Positions 38,126 to 47,519 are shown, numbered from the stretch's first letter. The stretch is DNA of 64,000 bases from Anaerolineae bacterium (GCA_049975385.1 JBNGDO010000001.1:2600-66599), one strand, 5' to 3'. Notes: a model not told the origin generated them from the letters alone. Program-made: numbers and translations.

Positions 38126-41100
38126 ATGGCAGACTATCGTATCAAAGCACACCCGATTCTTTCGGTCCTTTCCGATGATTTCGTCGAATTTACCTGGCAG
38201 GGCGAGCCATTGACGGCGCGGCGCGGGGAGATGATCGCGTCGGCGTTGTTCGCGCACGGCATCCACGTCTTCGGGCATCATCACCACGATAGATCGCCGC
38301 AGGGCATCTTCTGCGCGAACGGGCAATGCTCGCAGTGTCTCGTCATCGCCGACGGGCTGCCGGTGAAGGCGTGTATGACACCGGTGACGACTGGTATGGT
38401 CGTCGAGCCTTTGGAAGGATTGCCTGTGTTGCCGCCAGTGGCGGAGCCACCACCCTCACGTGCCTTGGAGACGGTGGACGCGCCCGTGCTCATCATCGGT
38501 GGGGGACCGGCAGGGATGTCGGCGGCGATCCAGTTGGCGGAGTACGGTGTCCGCGTGTTGCTGGTGGATGACAAGGATCGCCTCGGCGGGAAGCTGGTCT
38601 TGCAGACGCACCGCTTCTTCGGCTCCGTGGACGCCGTCTACGCGGGCACACGCGGCATCGACATCGCCACACGGCTCGAAGAAGACGTCCGCCGCCACGA
38701 CAACATCGAAGTCTGGCTCAACAGCACCGCATTGGCGGTTTTTAGCGACGGCAAAGTGGGGATTCTGCGGGGCGCGGATCATGAATCACGAATCACGAAT
38801 CATGAATCACGGATTACGGATCACGCATCACGCCTCACGCGTCACGAGCCGGAGTATGTTCTGGTTCACCCCGAAATCCTCCTCGTCGCCGCGGGCGCGC
38901 GGGAGAAATCGCTGACGTTCAAGGGGAACACGCTGCCGGGTGTCTATGGCGCGGGGGCGTTCCAGACGTTGGTGAACCGCGATTTGGTGCGGGCTGCCGA
39001 GCGGCTGTTTATCGTCGGTGGTGGGAACGTGGGGTTGATCGCGGGGTATCACGCGCTTCAGGCCGGTATCGAGGTGGTGGGGCTGGTCGAGGCGCTGCCG
39101 GAATGTGGCGGGTACAAGGTCCACCGGGACAAGCTGGCGCGTTTTGGCGTGCCGATTTACACATCGCACACAATTCTGTCTGCCAACGGCGACCCCGCCA
39201 ACGGCGGTAACCATGTGGAATCGGTGACAATTGCCCAGGTCGATGAGCATTTCCAGCCAATCCCTGGCACGGAGCAATCCTTTGCCTGCGACACGGTGCT
39301 CATCGCCGTGGGCCTCGATCCGGTGAACGAGTTTACGCAGAAGGCGCGGGACTTCGGGATGACGGTGTTCGACGCGGGCGACGCTCAGGAGATTGCGGAA
39401 GCCTCGGCGGCGATATTTTCCGGCAAGATTCGCGGGCTGGAGATCGCGCGGGCGCTCGGCGCGACGGAGGACGCCGTCCCCGATGAGTGGCGGCGCACTG
39501 GCGACATCCTCAAGTCGCATCCCGGCGCGGTGATTCCGGAGCGCATTCCCGAACAGGAGGAGGGCGTTTTCCCGGTCTTCCACTGCTCGCAGGAGATTCC
39601 GTGCAATCCCTGCACCTCGGTCTGTCCGCAGCAGTTGATCCACATTGACCCAACCGACATCCGCGGTATCCCTACTTACCTGGGCCTGGAGGCGGAGAAG
39701 GCGTGCCTGGGCTGTGAGCAATGCGTCGCCGTGTGCCCCGGGCTGGCGATCACGTTGGTGGATTACCGCAAGGACGCCGAGATGCCGACCGTGACGTTGG
39801 CCTACGAGTTTCTAGCGAGCCGCATCGCCGTTGGCGACCGGGTGACAGCGCTCGATACGGTGGGCAACGTTCTCGGCGAGGCAGAGGTAACAAGTGTGCG
39901 TGCGATCAAGCGCAACGACCGCACTGTGTTGGTCAAATTGCGCGCGCCGAAGGCGATTGCCAAGCTGATCGCCGGGCTGCGTGTGCAAGACCTGGCGGTC
40001 GGTTCGGCGCTGAGCGACGAAGTTGTGAATCTGGACGACGACGCGGATGCAGACATCCGAATCGTCTGCCGCTGCGAGCGCGTGACGGCGGGCGAAATCC
40101 GCGCGCTGATCCGCAAGGGCTACCGCGACGTCAACGAGATCAAGGCCGTCACGCGCGCCGGGATGGGCGCTTGCGGCGGCAAAACGTGCAGCGCGCTCAT
40201 CCTACGTCTCTTCCGCGAGGAAGGCATCCCCCTCGACGAAGTCACCCCAAACATTCCGCGTCCCCTCTTCGTCGAGGTTCCGCTGGGTGTCTTTGCGGCA
40301 AATCAGCGAATGGGCGAATCAGCGAATAGCGGATTACGAGATACGAATCACGAATCACGAATTACGGATCGCGCATCACGCATCACGCATCAAGGCCCCC
40401 TTACTCCTTACTCCGTACTCCCTACTTCTTCTGATGTGATCATCATCGGCGCCGGAAGTGTGGGCGTGCCGGCGGCGCTGGCGATGACGCGGATAGGGCT
40501 GAAGGTGCGCGTGTTCGACGGGGCGGCGAGCCAGGGACAGGGTTCCAACAAATCGGCGATTGGCGGCGTGCGCGCCACACACTCCGATCCGGCGAAGATT
40601 CGCCTGTGCCTGCGCAGTCTGGAGATTTTCTCGACGTGGGAGGAAACCTACGGCCACAACATCGAGTGGACGACCGGGGGCTACACCTTCGTCGCCTACC
40701 GCGAGCGCGAGGCGCAGACGCTCAAGAATCTGCTCAAGGTCCAGCATACCTACGGCCTCGACATCGACTGGTACGACCGCGATGATTTCCTCCGGATCGT
40801 TCCCGATGTGAACCGCGAGGGTCTCCTCGGCGGGACGTTCTCCCCGCACGACGGGCATTGCTCGCCTTTGCTGGCGGGGCACGCTTTCTACGATGCGGCG
40901 AAAGCAGCGGGCGCGCTCTTCCACTTCGACGAGCCGGTGACGGAGATTCTGGTCGACGACACGATCACAGGCCGGCGCATACGCGGCGTGCGGACGAACC
41001 GGGAAACCTACCTCGCGCCAGTCGTCGTCAACGCTGCCGGGGCGTGGGCGCGGGCCGTCGGGCGATGGGTGAACATGGATCATCCCGTGCAACCTGAGTC

Positions 41101-41587
41101 ACACGAGGCTGGAATCACCGAACCGGTGGCGCATTTCCTCGATCCGATGCTGGTAGACATCCGCCCCGCGCCGGGATCGGCCAACTACTACTTCTTCCAA
41201 TTGCGGGATGGGCAGGTCGTTTTCTGCATCACGCCGCAGCCGAGCATCGCGGGCTTCGATCGACGCGAGACGAGCGTTTTCTTGCCGCAGGTTGCGTCGC
41301 GTATGGTGGATTTGGTCCCGCGTCTGGCGAACCTTCGCGTGCGGCGCACTTGGCGCGGCCTCTACCCGATGACGCCGGACGGCTCGCCGCTCGTCGGTTG
41401 GGCGCGGGAGGTGAGCGGTTATCTGATGGCGATCGGCATGTGCGGGCAGGGCTTCATGCTCGGTCCCGGCCTGGGCGAGCTGCTGGCGCGGATGGTCGCG
41501 CAGGAGGAGCTGTCGCCGGAAGATCGGGAGGTGTTGAAGGTGTTGTGGCCGTACCGGGCGTTCGCGGGGGAGGAGGCGTTGAAGTAG
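38126..41587 (+). CDS. Fused HcnA/HcnB/HcnC-like (opine oxidase / heterotetrameric sarcosine oxidase / PDH1-like) FAD and Fe-S oxidoreductase, 1153 aa
   Basis: Residues 1-95 form a 2Fe-2S domain (CANGQCSQC...C). A pyridine-nucleotide-disulfide oxidoreductase follows (VLIIGGGPAGMSAA ... FIVGGGNVGL). Next come two 4Fe-4S-like motifs (CSQEIPCNPCTSVCP, CLGCEQCVAVCP) and a BFD-like 2Fe-2S (CRCERVT...GMGACGGKTC). After a heptamer-encoded linker lies a DAO-family FAD oxidase (VIIIGAGSVGVPAALAM...). There is no stop codon anywhere in the frame. Confidence 0.75.
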   Translation: MADYRIKAHPILSVLSDDFVEFTWQGEPLTARRGEMIASALFAHGIHVFGHHHHDRSPQGIFCANGQCSQCLVIADGLPVKACMTPVTTGMVVEPLEGLPVLPPVAEPPPSRALETVDAPVLIIGGGPAGMSAAIQLAEYGVRVLLVDDKDRLGGKLVLQTHRFFGSVDAVYAGTRGIDIATRLEEDVRRHDNIEVWLNSTALAVFSDGKVGILRGADHESRITNHESRITDHASRLTRHEPEYVLVHPEILLVAAGAREKSLTFKGNTLPGVYGAGAFQTLVNRDLVRAAERLFIVGGGNVGLIAGYHALQAGIEVVGLVEALPECGGYKVHRDKLARFGVPIYTSHTILSANGDPANGGNHVESVTIAQVDEHFQPIPGTEQSFACDTVLIAVGLDPVNEFTQKARDFGMTVFDAGDAQEIAEASAAIFSGKIRGLEIARALGATEDAVPDEWRRTGDILKSHPGAVIPERIPEQEEGVFPVFHCSQEIPCNPCTSVCPQQLIHIDPTDIRGIPTYLGLEAEKACLGCEQCVAVCPGLAITLVDYRKDAEMPTVTLAYEFLASRIAVGDRVTALDTVGNVLGEAEVTSVRAIKRNDRTVLVKLRAPKAIAKLIAGLRVQDLAVGSALSDEVVNLDDDADADIRIVCRCERVTAGEIRALIRKGYRDVNEIKAVTRAGMGACGGKTCSALILRLFREEGIPLDEVTPNIPRPLFVEVPLGVFAANQRMGESANSGLRDTNHESRITDRASRITHQGPLTPYSVLPTSSDVIIIGAGSVGVPAALAMTRIGLKVRVFDGAASQGQGSNKSAIGGVRATHSDPAKIRLCLRSLEIFSTWEETYGHNIEWTTGGYTFVAYREREAQTLKNLLKVQHTYGLDIDWYDRDDFLRIVPDVNREGLLGGTFSPHDGHCSPLLAGHAFYDAAKAAGALFHFDEPVTEILVDDTITGRRIRGVRTNRETYLAPVVVNAAGAWARAVGRWVNMDHPVQPESHEAGITEPVAHFLDPMLVDIRPAPGSANYYFFQLRDGQVVFCITPQPSIAGFDRRETSVFLPQVASRMVDLVPRLANLRVRRTWRGLYPMTPDGSPLVGWAREVSGYLMAIGMCGQGFMLGPGLGELLARMVAQEELSPEDREVLKVLWPYRAFAGEEALK
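38777..38846 (+). repeat. In-frame heptanucleotide repeat inside the FAD/NAD domain, encoding DHESRITNHESRITDHASRLTRHE
   Basis: Reads gatcatgaatcacgaatcacgaatcatgaatcacggattacggatcacgcatcacgcctcacgcgtcacg. The reading frame avoids the TGA present in other frames. Confidence 0.85.
40301..40430 (+). repeat. In-frame heptanucleotide repeats (GCGAATN, GAATCAC, CATCACG, CTTACTC families) forming the linker between the HcnB-like and HcnC-like parts
   Basis: Reads aatcagcgaatgggcgaatcagcgaatagcggattacgagatacgaatcacgaatcacgaattacggatcgcgcatcacgcatcacgcatcaagg...ccttactccttactccgtactccctacttcttct. It encodes NQRMGESANSGLRDTNHESRITDRASRITHQGPLTPYSVLPTSS. Confidence 0.85.
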
Positions 41588-41591
41588 GCGA

Positions 41592-41646
41592 GGATGCAGG
41601 ATGCAGGATGCAAGAGTGTGATTGGATTGCCGGGTGGGGATTGAAT
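41592..41646. repeat. Heptamer repeat (GGATGCA x3) plus GATTGGA-type modules directly after the oxidoreductase stop
   Basis: Reads ggatgcaggatgcaggatgcaag gtgtgattggattgccgggtggggattgaatc. Confidence 0.75.
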
Positions 41647-41729
41647 CTTCACCAGTTAATGATATAATGAATTAAAGAATTTATGTGGAATTACAGAATT
41701 CTGTAAAGCCTGGTGAAAGGAGTTGTCTG

Positions 41730-42002
41730 GTGACTGTCAATATCAAGAATCAAGAGGTGGAGAGTTTATTGGACTCTGTCGTTCAATTGACCGGAGAAAC
41801 CAAAACCGCTGCAATCCGTCAAGCCCTGGCTGAACGGTTGGAGCGTCTCTCTTTGATGCGTGTGGTTCCCCAGGATGCGGCTCGGCTAGAGGCGTTTCTG
41901 CAAGACGAAATCTGGGCTAATATCCCAAAGCATCTGCTTGGAACGTCTTTGACTAAAGCGGAAGAAGAGGCTATTCTGGGCTATGGAGAGCATGGAATAT
42001 GA
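41730..42002 (+). CDS. vapB: VapB-like antitoxin (ribbon-helix-helix/Arc-type) of a VapBC pair
   Basis: The likely start is GTG 41730, preceded by aaaggag (the ORF track starts at ATG 41685). The fragment TKTAAIRQALAERLERL is typical of small antitoxins. Its stop overlaps the vapC start (ATGA at 41999..42002). Confidence 0.6.
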   Translation: MTVNIKNQEVESLLDSVVQLTGETKTAAIRQALAERLERLSLMRVVPQDAARLEAFLQDEIWANIPKHLLGTSLTKAEEEAILGYGEHGI

Positions 42003-42385
42003 TCGTTGATACTTCAGCGATTGCGGCGATCTTTTTTAAGGAATCCGGATATGAGGATCTGCTAGAGAAGCTCGGTCGTGCTCACGAGGTAGGGATCGGT
42101 GCGCCGACATTGGTCGAATGTGGCATTGTCCTGAGTGCGCGGTTGGGGCGCGATGCACGTGGAATGTTGTCTCGTTTCTTGGAAGAGACTCATGTGTTTA
42201 TTGTGCCCTTTGTTGATGTGCATTACAGTACGGCTGTAACGGCGTGGCAGAAATTTGGCAAGGGAAGACATCCTGCTGCATTGAATTTCGGCGATTGTTT
42301 GACCTATGCTGTTGCCAAGCTGGCGGGAGGCCCCCTGTTGTGTGTAGGCGATGACTTTTCGCAAACCGATCTGGAATTAGCGTAA
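41999..42385 (+). CDS. vapC: PIN-domain toxin VapC
   Basis: MIVDTSAIAAIF (first acidic D), NFGDCLTYAVAK and GDDFSQTDL carry the conserved PIN acidic residues. Length is 128 aa. Confidence 0.8.
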   Translation: MIVDTSAIAAIFFKESGYEDLLEKLGRAHEVGIGAPTLVECGIVLSARLGRDARGMLSRFLEETHVFIVPFVDVHYSTAVTAWQKFGKGRHPAALNFGDCLTYAVAKLAGGPLLCVGDDFSQTDLELA

Positions 42386-42430
42386 TCAGCTGGCCACCAA
42401 CAGACGCTTGTCGTATTTGAGAGCAACTAC

Positions 42431-42469
42431 AGGTGCGACGCACTTTCCGAAGTGCGTCGCACCTTTTAT
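42431..42469 (+). terminator. Rho-independent terminator after vapBC
   Basis: Stem aggtgcgacgcactt / agtgcgtcgcacct with loop tccga, followed by TTTTA. Confidence 0.8.
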
Positions 42470-42581
42470 GTCAGTAGTCTATTTTGGGGTATTTGATTAT
42501 AATGAAGGAGTGGGGTGGAATCCACTCCTTCATCTGTTATACGACAGGTAAGTGCGGATTAGCTGCTAGGAGAAATGACTA

Positions 42582-43373
42582 ATGAACGCTAACCGATTTG
42601 ATGAGTTTGTCCAATTACTGACTCAACTCCCGATAGATGTATGGCAAGCGGCAGTGCTGGAGGAGCCTGAGTGGAAATGGATGCTGCCTTTGTCGAAGGT
42701 GTGGGAATTTGGGCATTTTGCGGTTTTGTTTGTTGTTCTCGGACTGAACGATTACCAGACGAAAGGGAAAGCCGACGTTGGATACTGGCCTAAAGTGGTG
42801 CCTTTGATCCGCCAAGGATCTGAGCCGAAGGATCTGTTGCAATTAATTGATGTTCTGGAACCGTTTTTCATCAGAGAGCGATTCGGGCAAAACAAAACCA
42901 AAAGGCTCAAGCGATTTCTGGAAAGTAATCTTTGCCGTGAGATTTGGGTAAGCAGCCCTTCTTCACTTGCGGCAAATTTCGGACGAATTTGGCACTCCCT
43001 TGGACTTGCAATGAGGCAAAAGTCTACTGATAAAACGATAGCTTTTGCGATGAAGTGTTTGGCGCTTGCGCTTCTAATGGCTAATGAAACTAAGTTTGAC
43101 TTTGGAGCTATCCCAGTACCGGTGGATTCACGAATCCGAAATATCTCGACTCGTCTTGGCCTCACTAGCGGGGATGAAGCGACAGAACGTGAAAGGTGGC
43201 GTAGAGTGCTTGATCGCATTCGCGAATCACATCCTGAAATCACAATGGTACATCTTGATAGCCTTCTTTGGCAAATTGGCACTTTGTCTCCGCAAGAGAT
43301 GAAATCTCATCTCGTAAAACTTGGAAGTGGTAGTCTGGCACCGCGCATTTCTCAACTCTTCTACAGGTTTTGA
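42582..43373 (+). CDS. HhH-GPD-superfamily protein, probable AGOG-like N-glycosylase/DNA lyase (8-oxoguanine DNA glycosylase type); located in a low-GC island
   Basis: AFAMKCLALALLMANETKFDFGAIPVPVDSRIRNISTRLGL matches the glycosylase K...P-V-D-[ST]-x-I-x-R-[VI]-x-x-R-L-G pattern (EndoIII: PTIAVDTHIFRVCNRTQF) with a non-canonical hairpin. Local GC is ~45 % against ~62 % in flanking DNA. Confidence 0.4.
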   Translation: MNANRFDEFVQLLTQLPIDVWQAAVLEEPEWKWMLPLSKVWEFGHFAVLFVVLGLNDYQTKGKADVGYWPKVVPLIRQGSEPKDLLQLIDVLEPFFIRERFGQNKTKRLKRFLESNLCREIWVSSPSSLAANFGRIWHSLGLAMRQKSTDKTIAFAMKCLALALLMANETKFDFGAIPVPVDSRIRNISTRLGLTSGDEATERERWRRVLDRIRESHPEITMVHLDSLLWQIGTLSPQEMKSHLVKLGSGSLAPRISQLFYRF

Positions 43374-43415
43374 TACACCAAACTCAAGTAGTCATTACCG
43401 TATATAGGTGGGAAT

Positions 43416-43745
43416 ATGGAATTCACCGACCTTATTCAACGCGCTCTGTCAATTCGCAAGCTGTATAGCGAGTTTGAGGAACAAAACTACGGCACCTCCT
43501 GGACCAACGAAGAACTGGCCCTGGGTTTTGTGGGCGACGTTGGCGATCTGGTCAAACTTGTCATGGCGCAAAGCGGGCGTCGCACGATCCCCGATGCGGA
43601 AAGTAAATTGGCGCACGAATTGGCCGATTGTCTATGGTCCGTCATCGTTCTTGCCGATGTGCATAACATAGACCTGGAAGACGCCTTTTTACGAACAATG
43701 GACGATCTGAAAAATCACATCAAGAAGAATCTGGTTGTAGGATAA
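43416..43745 (+). CDS. MazG-like nucleotide pyrophosphohydrolase (small all-alpha NTP-PPase)
   Basis: 109 aa. WTNEELALGFVGDVGDLVKLVMA and AHELADCLWSVIVLADVHNIDLEDAF fit the MazG/HisE-like EExxE/D metal-binding helix layout. Low GC. Confidence 0.65.
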   Translation: MEFTDLIQRALSIRKLYSEFEEQNYGTSWTNEELALGFVGDVGDLVKLVMAQSGRRTIPDAESKLAHELADCLWSVIVLADVHNIDLEDAFLRTMDDLKNHIKKNLVVG

Positions 43746-43774
43746 CCGGAACATCTCACACGAAAGGACACACA

Positions 43775-45118
43775 ATGCAATCCAATATTACTCTCGACGA
43801 TCTGGCAAAGTTTGCGGCGGCCTTCGACGCCGATCCCAAGAACCGCCTGGCGGCGAACGCTGTGGCGCAGAACGATATCGCGGCGGTGGCGCTCAACCGC
43901 GAGAGCGTCAACCGCATCAATCACACCTACTCGCACCTCATCGAGACGCCGGAGGCGACGGACCAGGGCGCGACCGGGCGTTGCTGGATGTTCGCCGGAC
44001 TCAACGTGATGCGGCTGGCGGCGATCCAGAAGATGAACTTGAAGATGGAGAAGTTCGAGCTTTCTCAGGCCTACCTGATGTACTGGGACAAGCTGGAAAA
44101 GGCCAACTTCTTCCTGGAGAACATCATCGAGACGCGCGATGAACCGTTGGACGGGCGGTTGGTGATGTGGTTGCTCGCCGACCCGCTCCCCGACGCCGGG
44201 CAGTGGGATATGTTCGTGAGTCTGGTGAAGAAATACGGCGTCATCCCCAAAACGATGATGCCGGAGACGAAGAGCAGTAGCGCGTCGCGTCTGATGAATA
44301 GCCGGCTCGTCGCCAAGCTGCGCGAGTTCGCGCAAACGTTGCGCGATACGTCCACGCAGGGCGTCGATGTGGATGGCTTGCGGGAGACCAAGGCTGCGAT
44401 GTTGACGGACTTCCACCGCATGCTCACGATCCACTTCGGCAAACCGCCCGCCAGCTTCGAGTGGGCGTGGCGCGATAAGGACAAGGCGTATCATCTTCAC
44501 GGTGTGATCACGCCGCTGGATTTCTATGCGGAGTATGTCGGTATCGACCTGGACGATATGGTCTGCCTCATCAACGCGCCGACGCAGGACAAGCCCTACA
44601 ATAAGCTTTACACGGTGGCATACCTCGGCAATGTCGTCGGTGGGCAGCCGGTGCGTTATCTCAACGCCGATGTCAAAATCCTCAAGAAAGCGGCCGTGGA
44701 CAGCATCGTCGATGGACAGGCCGTTTGGTTTGGCAGCGACGTGGGCCAGATGCTGGAGCGGGATCTGGGCCTCCTGGATATGGATGTCTACGATTACGAG
44801 CTGGTGTATGGTGTACCGTTTGCCCTCGACAAGGCGGGGCGGCTGGACTATGGTCACAGCCGGATGACCCATGCGATGCTGCTCACCGGCGTCGACCTGG
44901 ACGAGACCGGGCGTCCGGTGAAGTGGCGCGTCGAGAACAGTTGGGGCACGAAACGCGGTGACGAGGGCTATATGTTGATGACCGATCGCTGGTTTGAGGA
45001 GTATCTCTATGAGATCGCCGTGAGCAAGCGCTATCTCTCGCCTGACTTGCTGGCCGTTCTCGAGACCGAACCGGTCGTGCTCCCGCCCTGGGATCCGATG
45101 GGGGCACTGGCCCGGTAA
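43775..45118 (+). CDS. pepC: Aminopeptidase C / bleomycin hydrolase (peptidase C1B)
   Basis: The catalytic triad sits in QGATGRCWMFAGLN (Cys), HAMLLTGVD (His) and VENSWG (Asn). Length is 447 aa. Confidence 0.85.
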   Translation: MQSNITLDDLAKFAAAFDADPKNRLAANAVAQNDIAAVALNRESVNRINHTYSHLIETPEATDQGATGRCWMFAGLNVMRLAAIQKMNLKMEKFELSQAYLMYWDKLEKANFFLENIIETRDEPLDGRLVMWLLADPLPDAGQWDMFVSLVKKYGVIPKTMMPETKSSSASRLMNSRLVAKLREFAQTLRDTSTQGVDVDGLRETKAAMLTDFHRMLTIHFGKPPASFEWAWRDKDKAYHLHGVITPLDFYAEYVGIDLDDMVCLINAPTQDKPYNKLYTVAYLGNVVGGQPVRYLNADVKILKKAAVDSIVDGQAVWFGSDVGQMLERDLGLLDMDVYDYELVYGVPFALDKAGRLDYGHSRMTHAMLLTGVDLDETGRPVKWRVENSWGTKRGDEGYMLMTDRWFEEYLYEIAVSKRYLSPDLLAVLETEPVVLPPWDPMGALAR

Positions 45119-45194
45119 AGCCGCCATCCTTGTGAAGATGCGTGAATCTGTCGCGCACCTGCACTTTTGCAGGCGTTAGTGATACGGAGGGATT

Positions 45195-47519
45195 GTGATG
45201 AAATACCTGCGCGTTTTAACCTGTTTGTGGTTAGTTTTCGCACTGTGCGCCTTGGCCGATCCGGTAAGGGCGGATGTTGTCCCCCCTGTCGATGCAGTGG
45301 ATATGCAACTGGTGGGGCAGTTCGGCGGTGCTTCGTATGCTGTTGCGCTGCAAGGGACCTACGCCTACGTGGGCGTGGGACCACGGCTGGTCGTGCTGGA
45401 CGTGAGCGATCCTGCAAATCTCGTCCTGGTGGGACAGACGGAAGTGCTGCCTGATATCGTCAAGGACGTCGCCGTCGCCACTGGATACGCTTACGTCGCC
45501 GCCGGGGCCAGGATGTTCGTGGTAGATATCGCCGATCCCGCCGCACCTGCGATCCTGGGATTCTGTGCTGCCCCGGACGACGTCAATGGCGTTGTTGTGT
45601 CCGGGTCGTATGCCTATCTCGCTGTTAAGAATGGCAGTCTACGCGTCGTGGACGTGAGTACGCCCGCTACTCCAAGCGAGATCGGCTCTCACGTAGTGGC
45701 GGCTTCAGCGGAAGCGCAGAGTGTAGCCGTAGCCGGAAATTTCGCTTACGTCGTCGCCGGAAACACACTCTATATCGTGAACGTGACGACGCCTTCAAGC
45801 CCTTCTCCGGCCGGGTCGTTGCCGTTTACCCAGCCCCTTCAGGATGTCGTCGTTGTAGGAAGCACGGCCTATGTCGCAGCAGGGAGTCTCGGCTTGCGCA
45901 TTGTGAACGTGGCCGCTCCCGCCACGCCCGCGGAGGTGGGATTTTACGACACACCTGGGTCGGCTTACGGCGTGACGGTGGTAAACAGCTATGCTTATGT
46001 GGCCGATGGCTATCAAGGGCTACAGATTATCGACGTTGCCGTCCCAAGCACGCCGGTCTTTGCGGGAGATGCCGCGACCCACGAGCTGGCCTCGGATGTG
46101 GCCGTGATGGGCACCTACGCCTACGTTGCCGACCGTTTCCGCGGACTGCGCGCGTTCAACGTCAGCACTCCGGCGTCGCCGGTTGAAATCGGGCATTACG
46201 ACATCGTCGGTAATGCCCGGCGAGTGCTGCCGGTCGGCAATCTACTCTACGTCGCCGATGCCGATGGCGGTTTGCGTATACTGAATGTGTCGAACCCCAT
46301 GCGACCGCGCGAGATCGGTCATTACGACTCACCCGGCAATGCGGCGAGTGTGTCGATTGCCGGGAAGTACGCCTACGTTACCGATGGTCTGGACTTGCGC
46401 ATCGTCGACATCTCTGTACCCTCTGCCCCTGTGCCAGAGCCGGAACCGTTCGAAACTTATAATGGTTGGGCGTATGTGGTGATTGTCCAACAGGATTTTG
46501 CTTTCATTGCCGAAGGCGGTGGAGCTAAAGGTCTGCATGTCGCCAGCCTCGCTAATCCAGTTGACCCTATCACAGAAGAATTTGTTGATACCTCCGGTGA
46601 CGCTCTAGATCTGGCAATTGTGGGACAACGTGCTTACCTTGCCGCCGATGTCGGGGGGTTGCGTATTGTCGATATTTCCGCGCCAGTCGATGCCTCGCTT
46701 CTCGGTTTCTGGGATGTGCCCGATATTAATGTATCGGATGTCGCTGTCGAAGGGACGCTGGCCTACGTCGTCGACGGGCAGAATCTATACGCCGTGGATA
46801 CGACGAATCCTGTCGCGCCAACCAGCGTGATGACTTGGACGACAGCCGGTAGTGCCGAGGGCGTGACTGTGCTCAACAGTATCGCTTATCTCGCTGAGGG
46901 GCACGCCGGATTGCGCCTCCTGGATGTTGCGGAACCGTCAGCGCCTGAGGAAATCGGCTACTACAACACGCCCGGTGAAGCCCTGTACAGCGCGCTGGCA
47001 AACCAGTACATCTACGTGGCGGATGGGCATGGTGGTGTGATCGTGCTCTGGTACGGTCCGCTGGCATCAGGCACTGTCTCAACGGGTGGCGGTGCCTTCA
47101 CTTCGGAATTCGATGGCACGACGTACTACTTCCCTACGGGCGCTTTTACTGACACAATCATTCTGCGGCATGCGCCCATACCTGCGGCGGTCGTTCCCTC
47201 GCTCGGTGACCTATCGGGGATCAATCACTTCTTCAACACGACTGCGGTCTACAGCAGTACTGGCCAACTGGCGCAGCTTGTGCCGGGGACGGTTTTCACC
47301 ATCTCTGTCGCCTACACCCCCGAGGAACGTGGCGTGGTCGCTGATTCGACATTGGCCCTCTACTATTGGGATGGCGATGTCTGGTCCACGGAGGGGATCA
47401 CCAAAGTAACGACGGCGCAGGAGAATATGGTGTTCTCGCGGCTCGATCACCTCACGCTGTTTGGCGTACTCGGCGAATCGCGATCCATTTATCTCCCTCT
47501 CGTCATGCGCGCATTTTGA
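45195..47519 (+). CDS. Secreted LVIVD-repeat beta-propeller protein
   Basis: A signal peptide MMKYLRVLTCLWLVFALCALA is followed by ~12 repeats of YAYVA.G..GL.I.DVS.P..P. Confidence 0.75.
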   Translation: MMKYLRVLTCLWLVFALCALADPVRADVVPPVDAVDMQLVGQFGGASYAVALQGTYAYVGVGPRLVVLDVSDPANLVLVGQTEVLPDIVKDVAVATGYAYVAAGARMFVVDIADPAAPAILGFCAAPDDVNGVVVSGSYAYLAVKNGSLRVVDVSTPATPSEIGSHVVAASAEAQSVAVAGNFAYVVAGNTLYIVNVTTPSSPSPAGSLPFTQPLQDVVVVGSTAYVAAGSLGLRIVNVAAPATPAEVGFYDTPGSAYGVTVVNSYAYVADGYQGLQIIDVAVPSTPVFAGDAATHELASDVAVMGTYAYVADRFRGLRAFNVSTPASPVEIGHYDIVGNARRVLPVGNLLYVADADGGLRILNVSNPMRPREIGHYDSPGNAASVSIAGKYAYVTDGLDLRIVDISVPSAPVPEPEPFETYNGWAYVVIVQQDFAFIAEGGGAKGLHVASLANPVDPITEEFVDTSGDALDLAIVGQRAYLAADVGGLRIVDISAPVDASLLGFWDVPDINVSDVAVEGTLAYVVDGQNLYAVDTTNPVAPTSVMTWTTAGSAEGVTVLNSIAYLAEGHAGLRLLDVAEPSAPEEIGYYNTPGEALYSALANQYIYVADGHGGVIVLWYGPLASGTVSTGGGAFTSEFDGTTYYFPTGAFTDTIILRHAPIPAAVVPSLGDLSGINHFFNTTAVYSSTGQLAQLVPGTVFTISVAYTPEERGVVADSTLALYYWDGDVWSTEGITKVTTAQENMVFSRLDHLTLFGVLGESRSIYLPLVMRAF

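Noticed and set aside
38126-41587. Splitting the 1153-aa ORF into separate HcnA/HcnB/HcnC-like genes
   Set aside because: There is no in-frame stop codon anywhere between 38126 and 41587, so the sequence as given supports a single ORF. The possibility of separate products is flagged as a finding rather than annotated.
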